Assembly: GCA_900753245.1 (NCBI GenBank)
Contig: CAADYJ010000080.1
Location: forward strand, 3,228-67,227
Source of the DNA: Clostridia bacterium
GTDB lineage: Bacteria > Bacillota > Clostridia > TANB77 > CAG-508
Reading direction: 5' to 3'
DNA length: 64,000 bases
The position numbers and the translations under genes were made by a program. This document shows, piece after piece, positions 11,801 to 22,668 of the stretch (positions within the stretch are counted from its first letter, which is position 1; each line of letters begins with the position of its first letter). A model generated the notes under the pieces. That model saw only the letters and a program-made list of their open reading frames with translations, had not been told where the DNA came from and ran no database searches.

Positions 11801-12431
11801 ATCTTTTAATTAATTTTGCCTTTTTTTGTTCACTTGCGCTTTCTAATTCTTTCTTTAATTTTTCTGATAATTTTTCTACATCTATCTCTTTTAATAATTT
11901 TTCTAGAGCTTCTGCTCCCATCTCTGCTTTAAAGCTACCATAACCGTATTTTTCTACTGCATCATGATATTCTTTTTCTGTTAATACTTGACACTTCATT
12001 AATCCTGAAGTTCCTTTATCTGTAACTATATAAGATGCAAAATAAACTATTTTTTCCAAATTTCTTGGAGAGATATCAAGCATTAATGCTATTCTTGATG
12101 GAATACCTTTAAAATACCAAATATGTGCTACTGGAGCTGCAAGTTCGATATGTCCCATTCTTTCACGTCTTACTTTTGATTTTGTAACTTCTACACCACA
12201 ACGATCACAAACTATACCTTTGTAACGAACTCTTTTATATTTACCACAATGACATTCCCAGTCTTTTGTTGGTCCAAATATTCTTTCGCAAAATAGTCCA
12301 TCTTTTTCTGGTTTTAAAGTTCTATAGTTAATAGTCTCTGGTTTTTTTACTTCTCCCTTTGACCATTCTCTAATTTGTTCGTCTGATGCTAATCCTATTT
12401 TAATTTTATCAAATACTTCTAATTCATCCAC
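8874..12431 (-). CDS. rpoC: DNA-directed RNA polymerase subunit beta'
   Basis: 1185 aa. Zinc-binding [23 protein letters not shown] and catalytic [14 protein letters not shown]. It sits directly downstream of rpoB. Confidence 0.95.
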   Translation of the reverse strand: MDELEVFDKIKIGLASDEQIREWSKGEVKKPETINYRTLKPEKDGLFCERIFGPTKDWECHCGKYKRVRYKGIVCDRCGVEVTKSKVRRERMGHIELAAPVAHIWYFKGIPSRIALMLDISPRNLEKIVYFASYIVTDKGTSGLMKCQVLTEKEYHDAVEKYGYGSFKAEMGAEALEKLLKEIDVEKLSEKLKKELESASEQKKAKLIKRLDTVESFRLSGNRPEWMIMNVVPVIPPELRPMVQLDGGRFATSDLNDLYRRVINRNNRLKRLIELGAPEIIKRNEKRMLQESVDALIDNSRRGRPVTGAGNRPLKSLSDMLKGKQGRFRQNLLGKRVDYSGRSVIVVGPELKLYQCGLPKEMAVELFKPFVMKELVGRGIAHNIKNAKRMVERLRPEVWDILEDVIKDHPVMLNRAPTLHRLGIQAFEPVLVEGRAIKLHPLVCTAFNADFDGDQMAIHVPLSPEAQAEARYLMLSVNNLLKPQDGKPVTIPTQDMILGSYYLTMEVQGEKGEGNYFSSPEEAIIAYENKEVGMHAKVFVRMVKVDEEGNERHKKVETTVGRIIYNKGIPQDLGFVDRTNPENEFEPEINFVVNKKKLGKIVEKSINQYGLSRSAELLDYIKSTGFKYSTTGGITVSIEDVKVPEAKKEILAQAQADVDNILKKYKRGLITEEERYQSVIKIWEKATDDVKNAMKDTFTQLNPMFMMSDSGARGNLDQLKQIAGMRGLMASTTGKTVEIPIKSSFREGLDALEYFISAHGARKGLSDTALRTADSGYLTRRLVDVSQDIIVREHDCGTHDGIELTAIKDGNQVIESLQERLIGRYPLENIVNPETKELIVDTNTMINEKIADAIVDAGIETVKVRSVFGCRTKNGVCSKCYGMGLSTHEEVNIGEAIGIIAAQSIGEPGTQLTMRTIHSGGVAGVADITQGLPRVEELFEARKPKGLAIISEIDGTVKISEDKKRKTVNVTSKDDSKAYVIPFGSKLRVKDGDEVVAGQPLTEGSINPNELLLIKGPEGVYNYLVQEVQKVYRNQGVDINDKHIEVIGRQMLKKVRVEDNGETPMFAGSLVDMYEFEDINKKAIEEGKRPATGKRVLLGITKASLATDSFLSAASFQETTRVLTEAAIKGKVDELIGLKENVIIGKLIPAGTGLAKYRNTHISTEQNEVREETVENTEEQTASEE

Positions 12432-12624
12432 TTTTTAATTAGCCCCCTATTTATTAATTTCTTGGGTAATTTTAAAATAGATTTCAAGTTCTATCCACTG
12501 CTGGTGCAAATTTTATTGTCGCCTTTTATCTTTTTAAAATTTATTCAGTTATTTTTCTCAATTAGGAACTGTACCTAATTGCTACTTTTTCCCAATTGGG
12601 GATAAATCCCCAATTGGAATTTTT

Positions 12625-15600
12625 TTAGTTTTCTTCGTCAAAATCATCTGTATCAAATAATTCTTCATCATCTAATCCAGCAAATAATTCATCTGATTCA
12701 TCTGTATCTAGTAGCATTGCTTCTGCATCTTCGTCTGCTTCTATATAGCTATCTTCTAATTCTGCTTCATCTACTACATTTTCTCCAACTTTAGCTTCTT
12801 CGTAATCTATTCCTTCATCTATATGTTCTTTTAGTTCTAATTCTTCATCATTTTCTGAGTATAATTTAATGTCTAGTCCTAAAGATTGAAGTTCTTTTAT
12901 TAATACTTTAAAGCTTTCTGGAACTCCTGGTTCAGGAACATTTTCACCTTTAACAATTGCTTCGTATGTTTTAACACGTCCAACAACGTCATCTGATTTA
13001 ACTGTTAACATTTCTTGTAATGTGTAAGCAGCACCATATGCCTCTAATGCCCAAACTTCCATTTCACCAAAACGTTGTCCACCAAATTGTGCTTTACCAC
13101 CTAAAGGTTGTTGTGTAACTAATGAGTATGGTCCAGTTGAACGAGCATGTATTTTATCATCTACTAAGTGATGTAATTTTAACATATACATTACACCAAC
13201 TGTAATTGGGTTATCAAATTTTTCACCTGTACGTCCATCATAAACTATTGCTTTTCCATCTTCACGAAGTCCTGCTTCTTTTAATAATTCTTTAATTTCT
13301 TCGTCTGATGCACCATCAAATACTGGTGTTGCTACTTTCCATCCTAAAGCTTTAGCTGCCATACCTAAGTGAACTTCTAGAACTTGACCTAAGTTCATAC
13401 GAGATGGAATACCTTGTGGATTTAATACTATATCTACTGGTGTACCATCTTCTAAGAATGGCATATCTTCTACTGGAAGTATTCTTGAAATAACACCTTT
13501 GTTACCATGACGTCCGGCCATTTTATCACCAACAGAGATTTTTCTCTTTGTTGCAATATAACAACGAATTACTTGGTTAACACCAGGTCCTAATTCATCT
13601 GAATTATCTCTAGTAAAGATTTTTACATCTACTATTGTTCCAGCTTCACCATGTGGAACTCTTAAAGATGTATCTCTAACTTCTCTTGCTTTTTCTCCAA
13701 ATATTGCACGAAGTAATCTTTCTTCTGCTGTAAGTTCTGTTTCTCCTTTTGGAGTAACTTTACCTACTAATATATCTCCTGGTCTTACTTCTGCACCTAT
13801 TCTTATAATTCCGTTTTCATCTAGGTCTTTTAAAGTATCATCTCCGACATTTGGAATATCACGAGTAATTTCTTCTGGACCTAACTTTGTGTCACGGCAT
13901 TCGCAATCATATTCTTCAATATGTATTGATGTATAAACATCTTCTTTAACTAATCTTTCGCTAATTAATACAGCGTCTTCGTAGTTGTAACCTTCCCAAG
14001 TTGTGAAAGCTATTAAAACGTTTCTTCCTAAAGCCATTTCTCCATCTTTTGTAGATGGTCCATCTGCTAAGATGTCTCCTTCCTTAACTTTTTCTCCTCT
14101 TGTTACAACTGGTCTTTGGTTAATACATGTACCACCATTTGTTCTTTTGAATTTACGTAGCTTGTATGTATCTATATCACCTTTTTTATTTCTAACTTGT
14201 ACTTCATCAGCTGTTACTTTTTCTACTACACCTTCATTTTTAGCTGTTACAGTTATTCCAGAGTCTTTTGCAGCTCTATATTCGATTCCTGTTCCAACTA
14301 TTGGAGATTCTGGCATTAAAAGTGGAACTGCTTGACGTTGCATGTTAGATCCCATAAGTGAACGTTTAACATCATCATGCTCTAAGAATGGTATCATTGC
14401 TGCTGCAACAGATACTAATTGCTTTGGAGAAACATCTACATAGTCAACTTGACTTGCATCAACTTCTGTAATTTCTTCTTTATGACGTACACGAATTCTC
14501 TTATTTTCGAATTTTCCATCTTTGTCTAATGGTTCTGATGCTTGAGCTATAATATATTTATCTTCTTCATCAGCTGGCATGTATTCTACATTATCTGTAA
14601 CTTTTCCATCAATTACTTTTCTATATGGTGTTTCTATAAATCCATATTCATTTATAACTGCAAAAGATGATAATGCAGAAATAAGTCCAATGTTTGGTCC
14701 TTCTGGAGATTCTACTGGGCAAAGTCTTCCATAGTGAGTATAGTGAATATCACGTACTTCGAATCCTGCTCTCTCACGAGAAAGTCCACCAGGTCCTAAT
14801 GCTGAAATTCTTCTTTTATGTGTAAGCTCTGATAATGGGTTTGTTTGATCCATAAATTGTGATAATTGAGAGCTTCCAAAGAATTCTCTAATAGATGATG
14901 TAATAGGTTTTGTATTAATTAATGTCTGTGGTGTTACAACATCTAAGTCTTGAATTGTCATTCTTTCACGTACAACTCTTTCAAGTCTTGTTAAACCAAT
15001 TCTAAATTGATTTTGTAATAATTCACCAACACATCTAATACGTCTATTTCCTAAATGATCTATATCATCTATGTTTCCTATACCATGATCTAAATTAAAT
15101 AAATAATTTATAGAAGCTATGATGTCTTCTGTTGTTATATGCTTTGGAATTAATTCTTCTTTTCTTTCTTTTAATACTTTGTGTAAATCTTTTTTGTCAG
15201 TTGTATCTAATATTGATTTTAATACTCCATAATTTACTTCTTCTTTAAAATGTAAATCTGAAATATCAACATCTGTTACAAAGCTATGAATATTTACTGT
15301 TCCATTACCTATAATTCTTGCTTTGTTTTCGCCAACTTTAATATCTACAATATTTAAACCTGTATTTTGTATATCTTCTGCTACTTCTTTTGAAATAACA
15401 CTATCTTTTTCTACTAATACTTCTCCTGTTGATGGATCTATAATATCTTCAAATGCTACTTTTCCTGTAATTCTTGTAGCTAAATTCAATTTTTTGTTAT
15501 ATTTATAACGACCTACTTTTGCTAAGTCATATCTTCTTTCATCAAAGAATAATCCATTAAATAAACTTCTTGCAGCTTCAACAGTTGGAAGTTCACCTGG

Positions 15601-16320
15601 TCTTAATTTTTTGTATATTTCAATTAAAGCTTCGTCTTGAGTTTTAATTGTATCTTTTTGAATTGTTGCCATTAATTTGGGTTCTTCACCAAATAAAGAT
15701 ATCATCTCTTCATCTGTAGTTAATCCAATAGCTCTTAATAAACAAGTTACAGGTATTTTTCTTGTTCTATCTACTCTTGCCCAGAATACATCGTTTCCAT
15801 CTGTTTCATATTCTATCCAAGCACCACGAATTGGCATAACAGTTGATGTAAATATCTTTTTACCTGTTTTGTCAAATTCTGAAGCATAGTAACATCCTGG
15901 TGAACGTACTAACTGACTAACAACAACTCTTTCGGCACCATTTATAATAAATGTTCCGCTATCTGTCATTACTGGGAAATCTCCTAAATAGATTTCTTGT
16001 TCTTTAATTTCACCTGTTTCACGGTTAATTAAACGAACTTTTACGTGTAGTCTTGTTGAATATGTTGCATCTCTTTCTTTTGCTTCTTCAACAGTATATT
16101 TAGTTTTGTCTTCCATGTAATAATCGAAAAATTCAAGAACTAAATTTCCTGAGTAGTCTACGATTGGAGAAATATCTTTTAATACTTCACCTAATCCTTC
16201 TTCAATAAACCAATCGTAAGAATCTTTTTGAACCTTAATAAGGTTAGGCATTTCTATGAAATCGCCAATTTTTGCAAACGTTTTACGTGTGCATTTTTCA
16301 TGTTTGATATCTTTTACCAA
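12625..16320 (-). CDS. rpoB: DNA-directed RNA polymerase subunit beta. TTG start with AGGGGTGA RBS
   Basis: 1231 aa. Motifs [12 protein letters not shown] and [22 protein letters not shown]. Acidic C-terminal tail. Confidence 0.95.
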   Translation of the reverse strand: MVKDIKHEKCTRKTFAKIGDFIEMPNLIKVQKDSYDWFIEEGLGEVLKDISPIVDYSGNLVLEFFDYYMEDKTKYTVEEAKERDATYSTRLHVKVRLINRETGEIKEQEIYLGDFPVMTDSGTFIINGAERVVVSQLVRSPGCYYASEFDKTGKKIFTSTVMPIRGAWIEYETDGNDVFWARVDRTRKIPVTCLLRAIGLTTDEEMISLFGEEPKLMATIQKDTIKTQDEALIEIYKKLRPGELPTVEAARSLFNGLFFDERRYDLAKVGRYKYNKKLNLATRITGKVAFEDIIDPSTGEVLVEKDSVISKEVAEDIQNTGLNIVDIKVGENKARIIGNGTVNIHSFVTDVDISDLHFKEEVNYGVLKSILDTTDKKDLHKVLKERKEELIPKHITTEDIIASINYLFNLDHGIGNIDDIDHLGNRRIRCVGELLQNQFRIGLTRLERVVRERMTIQDLDVVTPQTLINTKPITSSIREFFGSSQLSQFMDQTNPLSELTHKRRISALGPGGLSRERAGFEVRDIHYTHYGRLCPVESPEGPNIGLISALSSFAVINEYGFIETPYRKVIDGKVTDNVEYMPADEEDKYIIAQASEPLDKDGKFENKRIRVRHKEEITEVDASQVDYVDVSPKQLVSVAAAMIPFLEHDDVKRSLMGSNMQRQAVPLLMPESPIVGTGIEYRAAKDSGITVTAKNEGVVEKVTADEVQVRNKKGDIDTYKLRKFKRTNGGTCINQRPVVTRGEKVKEGDILADGPSTKDGEMALGRNVLIAFTTWEGYNYEDAVLISERLVKEDVYTSIHIEEYDCECRDTKLGPEEITRDIPNVGDDTLKDLDENGIIRIGAEVRPGDILVGKVTPKGETELTAEERLLRAIFGEKAREVRDTSLRVPHGEAGTIVDVKIFTRDNSDELGPGVNQVIRCYIATKRKISVGDKMAGRHGNKGVISRILPVEDMPFLEDGTPVDIVLNPQGIPSRMNLGQVLEVHLGMAAKALGWKVATPVFDGASDEEIKELLKEAGLREDGKAIVYDGRTGEKFDNPITVGVMYMLKLHHLVDDKIHARSTGPYSLVTQQPLGGKAQFGGQRFGEMEVWALEAYGAAYTLQEMLTVKSDDVVGRVKTYEAIVKGENVPEPGVPESFKVLIKELQSLGLDIKLYSENDEELELKEHIDEGIDYEEAKVGENVVDEAELEDSYIEADEDAEAMLLDTDESDELFAGLDDEELFDTDDFDEEN

Positions 16321-16822
16321 AACAAATCACCCCTATATTGAATTTAAAGCAGACTTAAATTTTAGCATTTATGAAATTAAATATTTTACACAAATGCACT
16401 TTTGTGAATTAAATTTTATTTAATAAATAGAAAAGTCCTTCTTGTTTTTTATTTTGCTTTTCAGAAATTCTTCTTTCCTGCTTACTTAAAGTTAAACTCC
16501 CGTAAGTAAAATAAAATCAATTCCTCTTTTCTATAAAGTTAACTAAAAATTTTGTAAAGTACTTTTAGGCAATAAAAAGGCTAGTTGGTAACATATCTTT
16601 TTTACCAACTACCTTTTGCTTTTGTACTTTATTTTTTTGAAACTAATTTTTTTCTTTTTATATTAACCAACCTCTTTATTTTCTAGGTTTTGGAGTTAAT
16701 ATTTATGTTTTATCTTTTTCATCAGGCGATAAAACTCCTTATACTATTTTAGTATACCTCATGTACGTAAGGCTTGTCAATAGTTTTTGTCCATATTTTT
16801 TATTAATTTTTCATTAAAAAAG

Positions 16823-16851
16823 TAGACTTTTTATTTTTTATATAGTACAAT
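16823..16851 (+). promoter_or_regulatory. Candidate sigma-A-like promoter for the 16889 gene (TAGACT-N17-TACAAT)
   Basis: Hexamers read by eye about 40 nt upstream of the AGGAG RBS. Weak -35. Confidence 0.25.
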
Positions 16852-16888
16852 AATTTTCGTTAATAAAATTATATTTAAGGAGTTTATT

Positions 16889-17380
16889 ATGTTAAAGAAA
16901 TATTTATTAATTTTTTTAGTATCTATGGTTCCACTTATTGAACTTAGAGGAGCTGTGCCTATAGGGCTTAGTCCTTTATTAGGTGACCCTCTTCCTATTA
17001 TACCTCTTTATATTGTTTGTATATTAGGAAACATGCTTCCAGTTCCAATTATTTTCTTTTTTGCAAGAAAAGTCTTAGTATGGGGTTCAAACAAAAAATT
17101 TATTGGAAAATTTTTTAGATTTTGCCTAGAAAAAGGTGAAAAAGGTGGTAAAAAATTACAAGCTAAAGCAGGTAGAGGTTTATATTTTGCATTATTTCTT
17201 TTTGTTGGTATTCCTCTTCCAGGAACAGGAGCTTGGACAGGAACACTTGCTGCAAGTCTTTTAGATATGGACTTCAAAAAAAGTAGTATAGCAGTTATGG
17301 CGGGAGTTGTTTTAGCAGGTATTATTATGGGGCTTGCTTCTGCAGGAGTATTTGGTGCAGTAGGTGCTATATTTAGTTAA
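16889..17380 (+). CDS. small integral membrane protein (COG2426 / putative small multidrug export family)
   Basis: 163 aa with four hydrophobic helices and the LIELRGAVPIGL motif. Good RBS AAGGAG. Family recalled from memory. Confidence 0.5.
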   Translation: MLKKYLLIFLVSMVPLIELRGAVPIGLSPLLGDPLPIIPLYIVCILGNMLPVPIIFFFARKVLVWGSNKKFIGKFFRFCLEKGEKGGKKLQAKAGRGLYFALFLFVGIPLPGTGAWTGTLAASLLDMDFKKSSIAVMAGVVLAGIIMGLASAGVFGAVGAIFS

Positions 17381-17394
17381 TTAATTTTTAAAAG

Positions 17395-17437
17395 CAAAAA
17401 AATCACAATTAGTTATATACCAATTGTGATTTTTTAT
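17395..17437. terminator. Bidirectional rho-independent terminator between convergent genes
   Basis: AAAAAAATCACAATT-(11 nt loop)-AATTGTGATTTTTTATTTT. The 9-bp stem is flanked by an A-run and a T-run. Confidence 0.6.
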
Positions 17438-17439
17438 TT

Positions 17440-18681
17440 TTATTCTTCTACTTTTTCTCCACAGTTTGGGCAAAATTTAGAATCTTCTGCAAGTTTTCCG
17501 TTACATTTTTTACAAACCTTTGGTTTCTTACTTCCGCAATTACTGCAGAAATTTCCTTCATTTTCTTTTCCACATTGACAAGTCCATGTTGATTTTACTT
17601 CTTGCTTTGGCTCTTCTGTTACTACTTCTGTTGTTTCTTTTACTGGTTCTTCTACCTTTTGCTCTTCTTGTTTGCTTAAATCTATTGTACTTTTTTGTGT
17701 ATCTTGCCATGGATTTGCTACTGCATTTCCCATTACATTTCCAGTAGCCATATTCATTACACCAACTCCCATGAATCCATTTAAAGCTCCAGATTCATTT
17801 TTAGCTGCATTTTTTACCGCTTCTGAATATGCATCAACCATTTTACCTTGTTGCATATAAGCATTTGAACTTAATTCGTAGTCATCTATTTTCTTTTCTG
17901 ACTCTTCATCTAAAGTAACTGACTCTACAGCAAAGCTTTCAATTTTCAATCCTCTTTCACGTATTTTTTCATCAAATACTTTTTCATCCATCATTTCTCT
18001 TATTTCGTCTGTTTGACTAGGCATTTCTAAAACAGGAACTTTATATTTACTGTTTCCTAATTCATTTACTACATTTTGGAATACTGCTATTACTTCACTT
18101 CTAATTTGTTCCTCAATTTGATTTTTTCTATAAATATCTGCTGTTCCTGCAATTTTTGACATAAATAATGCTGGATTCATAATACTAAATGTATATTTAC
18201 CATAGCATTTTATCTCAACTCTTAATGGAGTAATTGTATTTGTCATTTGATTTGGAATTGGATGTGACCAATCTTGGAAAGGAATTGGAGAAGCTGTTCC
18301 GAATTTATTATCGACTATTTCTTTGATATTAAAGAAATAAACTGCTTGCTCTTTTGCTGTTCCTCCGTTATATGTAAATCTTTGCCACATTTCTTTAAAT
18401 ACTGCTCCAAATTGTCCTGCAAAGAATGATGGTGAAGATGATTCATCAAAAGTATAAAATCCATCTTCGGCAGTAGCATCAATTATTCTACCATTATCAA
18501 ATATAACAGCACATTGACCAGGTGCTACTATAATTGTACTTTTATTAGTTATAACTCCTGTAGGAGTTGTCTTTTTTACCATAAGTACATCATTCGTCAT
18601 ATTTTCGCAACGAATGGCCTCTTTCCATTGATCTGCCATTGTTCCTTTAATAGCTTCTTTAGCTGCTTTTATTAATCCCAT
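17440..18681 (-). CDS. SPFH/band-7 (flotillin-like) domain protein with a C-terminal double zinc-ribbon (YdjI-like)
   Basis: 413 aa. The C-terminus has CQCGKENEGNFCSNCGS...CKKCNGKLAEDSKFCPNCG. The N-terminal two-thirds resembles the B. subtilis YdjI-type SPFH family. Confidence 0.55.
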   Translation of the reverse strand: MGLIKAAKEAIKGTMADQWKEAIRCENMTNDVLMVKKTTPTGVITNKSTIIVAPGQCAVIFDNGRIIDATAEDGFYTFDESSSPSFFAGQFGAVFKEMWQRFTYNGGTAKEQAVYFFNIKEIVDNKFGTASPIPFQDWSHPIPNQMTNTITPLRVEIKCYGKYTFSIMNPALFMSKIAGTADIYRKNQIEEQIRSEVIAVFQNVVNELGNSKYKVPVLEMPSQTDEIREMMDEKVFDEKIRERGLKIESFAVESVTLDEESEKKIDDYELSSNAYMQQGKMVDAYSEAVKNAAKNESGALNGFMGVGVMNMATGNVMGNAVANPWQDTQKSTIDLSKQEEQKVEEPVKETTEVVTEEPKQEVKSTWTCQCGKENEGNFCSNCGSKKPKVCKKCNGKLAEDSKFCPNCGEKVEE

Positions 18682-18735
18682 ATTTTTTCCTCCTTTTTAA
18701 TATAACTATATGGTAGACCGAAAGGGATATTCTCC

Positions 18736-19665
18736 CTAACGGTTTAATGGTTCTAATCCAGATAATACCCAAGTATTATTTCCTGTTGTTATTACACTTC
18801 CGCAGTATGGACATTTTCCTGCTGATGTAATTTCTGTAGGAGCACCACAATTTGGGCAGTTAGTTGTTTTTACTTTGCCTGTTCCTTCTGGTGTTAATAC
18901 TCCTGTTTTTCTTTCAAAAGTCATTTTATATACTGATATTCTATCTTGTTCTTTATTTCCTTCTAATACTTCTTTAGTTGTAGCATCTATAATATAATCT
19001 TTCTTTGTTGCTTTTAATGCTATCTCTAAGATATCTCTATCTCCTTCTTGTCTAAATTTATATAGTGTAGCATAATTAACTGCTATTCTATCTACTATAT
19101 TTATACGATTTGTATCTATATATCCTTGTAATTGAGATTTATGTTGTTCAAATAAACTTTCTGTTTCAAATGGTCTCATTGGTTCCCAATCTCTTGCTGT
19201 CCATGCATTTTGTAGTTTTACATATAAATCTTTTGCCCAAGCAAGCATTTTCTCTTCCGAGAAGTTTGGATCAATTTTCTTAATTTCATCTGCCCATATA
19301 TGTGATTGACTAACATCAATTTCTGGTGTTGCATATGCTGATGAAGTAATATTTTCTGTTGATTTTTGATTATTTTTAGCTTTAATATAGTTATAAATAA
19401 TTACAATAGCTAAAGCTACTATAAAAATGATAATAGAAAATCCGTCAAAATCTGAGTCTGAATCATAACTTGAACTAGAGCTAGAACCATAATCATAATC
19501 ATGAGAACTCCAACTACTAGAAGAACCAGAATCCCAAGATGAAGATGAAGACGATCCACTGTCATATCTATCAAAGCTTCCTACATCTGCCAAACTAACA
19601 GTATGTATTTGTAGCATTATTATAAAACTTATTATAATTAAAAACAATTTCTTACTTTTTTTCAT
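18736..19665 (-). CDS. single-pass membrane protein (YdjH-like, uncertain) with a Ser-rich ectodomain and a cytoplasmic domain ending in a zinc ribbon
   Basis: Signal peptide, then DSGSSSSSSWDSGSSSSW...SSSSSSYDSDSD low complexity. TM FSIIIFIVALAIVIIY. C-terminus CPNCGAPTEITSAGKCPYCGS. Co-oriented with, and 55 nt upstream of, the SPFH gene. Confidence 0.4.
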   Translation of the reverse strand: MKKSKKLFLIIISFIIMLQIHTVSLADVGSFDRYDSGSSSSSSWDSGSSSSWSSHDYDYGSSSSSSYDSDSDFDGFSIIIFIVALAIVIIYNYIKAKNNQKSTENITSSAYATPEIDVSQSHIWADEIKKIDPNFSEEKMLAWAKDLYVKLQNAWTARDWEPMRPFETESLFEQHKSQLQGYIDTNRINIVDRIAVNYATLYKFRQEGDRDILEIALKATKKDYIIDATTKEVLEGNKEQDRISVYKMTFERKTGVLTPEGTGKVKTTNCPNCGAPTEITSAGKCPYCGSVITTGNNTWVLSGLEPLNR

Positions 19666-19789
19666 TTGTTCACCTCCCTATAATTATTTTATAGTACACT
19701 TTAATAATACCTTTTTTTGTTGTTTTTTGTCAATATTTTTTGCTTTTTGTTATTAAATATTTGTGAACTTATCTTTATATAATATAAAA

Positions 19790-19818
19790 GTGAAATAAAA
19801 ATATTCTTTCTATTTCAC
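19790..19818 (-). terminator. Terminator after the histidine kinase gene
   Basis: GTGAAATAAAAA-TATTC-TTTCTATTTCAC. The stem is 12 bp with one mismatch. It lies 8 nt past the HK stop with a T-rich tail on the minus strand. Confidence 0.5.
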
Positions 19819-19825
19819 CTTTTCT

Positions 19826-21838
19826 CTATTTTTCTTTATTAAAACTAATTATTACCTTAAATAAATCTCCATCTAAATATATTCCAAACTCTCCTTTTTG
19901 TAGCTTAGTTAAGCTTTGTGCTATTGAAAGTCCTAAACCGCTTCCTTCTGTGTTTCGAGAAGATTCTCCTCTTACAAACCTCTCCATAAGTTCATTTGCC
20001 GAAATATTTAATTTTTCTTTAGAAATATTTTTTATTTCTATTTTCACTTTTTTATTTTCTTCCAGTAAATCTACATATACTCTTGAATTTTCCATTGCAT
20101 ATTTTTCAATATTTGTGTACATATTTTCCATTACTCTATACAAATATCTACTATCTGCTAAAATAAAAACATCTTCCTTTGGCATTTCTATATTTAAATC
20201 TAAATTTTTATTTTTAAATTTATCCTCAAACTCTCCTGATATTTGTTTTATCAATTCATTAACATTTATTTTTTTCATATCAAGTTTTATATTTCCTGAA
20301 GAAGCTTTTGATGCTTCTATTAAATCTTCCGTCAATCTTTTTAATCTTTGAGATTTTTGTTCTAATATATCTAGGTACTCTTTTGCTTTTTCATTCTGTA
20401 TATCTTCCTTTTTTAGTAAATCTACGTAATTTATAATTGAAGTCAATGGTGTTTTTATATCATGAGATACATTTGTTATTAATTCTGTTTTCATTCTTTC
20501 GCTTTTTAAACTTTTATCTATTGCATTAGTAAATCCCCCTGCAATATCATTTACATATATACATAATTCTTTCAAAACTCCTGTATATTCATCTTCTTGT
20601 AATCGTACCTTTGTATCTCCTTCATATATTTTTTTTACAGTATTTTTTATATTTAAAAATTTCGTAATGTTATCAAAATAATATTTAAATGCAAATACAT
20701 ACATAGCTATTAATAAAATTATTCCTGTAAATCCCCAATTCGAAAATATTAATGTAAATATTAACATACATGCTAATATTACTATAATTTTTGCAGCCAA
20801 ACTAAAATTATTAAATATGTTTTTTACTCCATTTTTTATCCATTTACACAATCTATATATTATTGTATTTTTTAATATTGTGTTTGTTTTTACTCTTCTC
20901 AGTATACTTTCATACAAAATTAAAGCTATCGAATACATTATAATTAATATTCCTATATTTCCAATAATTGTTGTTATATTTAAATTGTACGATAATTCTA
21001 TTCCTAAAAATAAAAGCATAATAAATGGAATAAACATTGCTGCAAGTATTATTTCTAAAGGAATTTTGTCTATTGATTCTAATTGTATTTCTTTAAAATT
21101 TCTTTTTCTTCCTGCATATATCGTTATCAGTATTGCACTTACTATTATTAAAACAAGTGTAATTATTATATTTATAATTGCAGTTTTAACTGAATTTGTA
21201 CATATTTTGTATGTAATATATAAATTATAATAATCATCGTGAAATTGAGTAACATCTTCATTTATTGATGTATAAATTGTACAATCATAATTTTCTTCTA
21301 ATGTCTTATAGTGATCTACATATTTTATATCTTCTATTGATAAATTACTTATATTAGTTCTTACTTCTCTATTTTCATAATTCCAATAATAAGAATTCTT
21401 AGACAATTCTTCTTTAATTTTATCTACACTATCTGTTCTCATTGTTTGTGTCAAATTTGTAATAGCTTTATTTGTTTTATTATCTATTATTAAAAATTTA
21501 AAATTTCTATTCTCTAAATATGTTTTATAATAAATATAACCATTTTCGGTTTTAAATTCTATATCTTCATTTAAATCTGTTAATATTTCTTCACCATTAG
21601 CATCTTTTACTTTTGAATAATTTGCTTCTACATTTGATAAGATTGAATTCTTATACAAATTTTCAAATCTTTGTGTTTCAAAATAGCTATCAGCTTTTTG
21701 TTTATTTTTTTCTCTAGAGAAAAAAGCCAAAGAAATTATAGATTGCAACATTACAAACCCGCAAATTGGAATTAATATATAACATATAATTCTAACTATT
21801 ATTGCATATTTATTTATATTTTTTTCCATTATATTCAC
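19826..21838 (-). CDS. sensor histidine kinase (multi-TM sensor + HisKA + HATPase_c)
   Basis: H-box NVSHDIKTPLTSI, N-box and G-box (GSGLGLSIAQ). Large N-terminal region with several TM helices. Overlaps the response regulator stop by an operon-like 6-nt spacer. Confidence 0.85.
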   Translation of the reverse strand: MNIMEKNINKYAIIVRIICYILIPICGFVMLQSIISLAFFSREKNKQKADSYFETQRFENLYKNSILSNVEANYSKVKDANGEEILTDLNEDIEFKTENGYIYYKTYLENRNFKFLIIDNKTNKAITNLTQTMRTDSVDKIKEELSKNSYYWNYENREVRTNISNLSIEDIKYVDHYKTLEENYDCTIYTSINEDVTQFHDDYYNLYITYKICTNSVKTAIINIIITLVLIIVSAILITIYAGRKRNFKEIQLESIDKIPLEIILAAMFIPFIMLLFLGIELSYNLNITTIIGNIGILIIMYSIALILYESILRRVKTNTILKNTIIYRLCKWIKNGVKNIFNNFSLAAKIIVILACMLIFTLIFSNWGFTGIILLIAMYVFAFKYYFDNITKFLNIKNTVKKIYEGDTKVRLQEDEYTGVLKELCIYVNDIAGGFTNAIDKSLKSERMKTELITNVSHDIKTPLTSIINYVDLLKKEDIQNEKAKEYLDILEQKSQRLKRLTEDLIEASKASSGNIKLDMKKINVNELIKQISGEFEDKFKNKNLDLNIEMPKEDVFILADSRYLYRVMENMYTNIEKYAMENSRVYVDLLEENKKVKIEIKNISKEKLNISANELMERFVRGESSRNTEGSGLGLSIAQSLTKLQKGEFGIYLDGDLFKVIISFNKEK

Positions 21839-21843
21839 CTCTT

Positions 21844-22545
21844 TTATTCATATTTTTCTATTTTATATCCAATTCCCCAAATTACTTTCAAATATCTAGG
21901 TTCTTTTGGATTTATTTCAATTTTTTCTCTTATATGTCTTATATGTACTGCAATAATATTTTCGGCTCCATATGCTTCATCTTCCCATACATTTTTGTAT
22001 ATTTGTTCTATAGAATACACCTTGCCTTTGTTTTTAGTTAAAAATTTTAAAATATTGTATTCTGTTGGTGTTAATTTTATTTCTTTTCCTTCAACTACTA
22101 CTTGCTTTGTATCATCATTAATAATTAAATCTCCACTTTTATAAACAATGCCTTCTTCCTTTTTGTTTTCAAAGCTTCCAAATGTTGTATATCTTCTTAT
22201 TTGTGAATTTACTCTAGCTATTAATTCTATTGGATTAAATGGTTTTGTTACATAATCATCTGCTCCAATATTCAAACCTGCAACTTTATCATAATCTTCA
22301 GATTTAGCAGATAGCATAATAATTGGTACAGATTTATTTTTTCTTATTTTACTTGCAACCTCCATTCCATCCATTTCTGGCATCATTATATCCAAAATCA
22401 CAAGATGAATTTCTTCTTCATTCATAACCTTTAATGCTTGTTTTCCATTATATGCTTCAAATATTTTATATCCTTCTTTGCTTAAATAAATCTTTATAGC
22501 TTTTACTATTTCTTTATCATCATCACATACTAAAACATTGTACAT
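21844..22545 (-). CDS. OmpR/PhoB-family response regulator
   Basis: Receiver domain (VLVCDDD...ILDIMMPEMDG) plus a winged-helix output domain (LTPTEYNILKFL...GIGYKIE). Confidence 0.9.
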   Translation of the reverse strand: MYNVLVCDDDKEIVKAIKIYLSKEGYKIFEAYNGKQALKVMNEEEIHLVILDIMMPEMDGMEVASKIRKNKSVPIIMLSAKSEDYDKVAGLNIGADDYVTKPFNPIELIARVNSQIRRYTTFGSFENKKEEGIVYKSGDLIINDDTKQVVVEGKEIKLTPTEYNILKFLTKNKGKVYSIEQIYKNVWEDEAYGAENIIAVHIRHIREKIEINPKEPRYLKVIWGIGYKIEKYE

Positions 22546-22668
22546 ATTTTTCTCCCCTTTTCTTGTATTTTAGTATAACATATTTTTATTAAGAAAAAAG
22601 TACGTAGATTATTAATTTTTTCTTAACTATACAATAAGTGAGGTAAAACATTTTACCTCACTTATTAA

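Noticed and set aside
19440-19600. Ser-codon-rich DNA repeat inside the 18736-19665 gene
   Set aside because: It is a low-complexity poly-Ser/Asp coding region (mixed AGT/TCA/GAT codons), not a tandem DNA repeat or mobile sequence. It is described under the gene instead.
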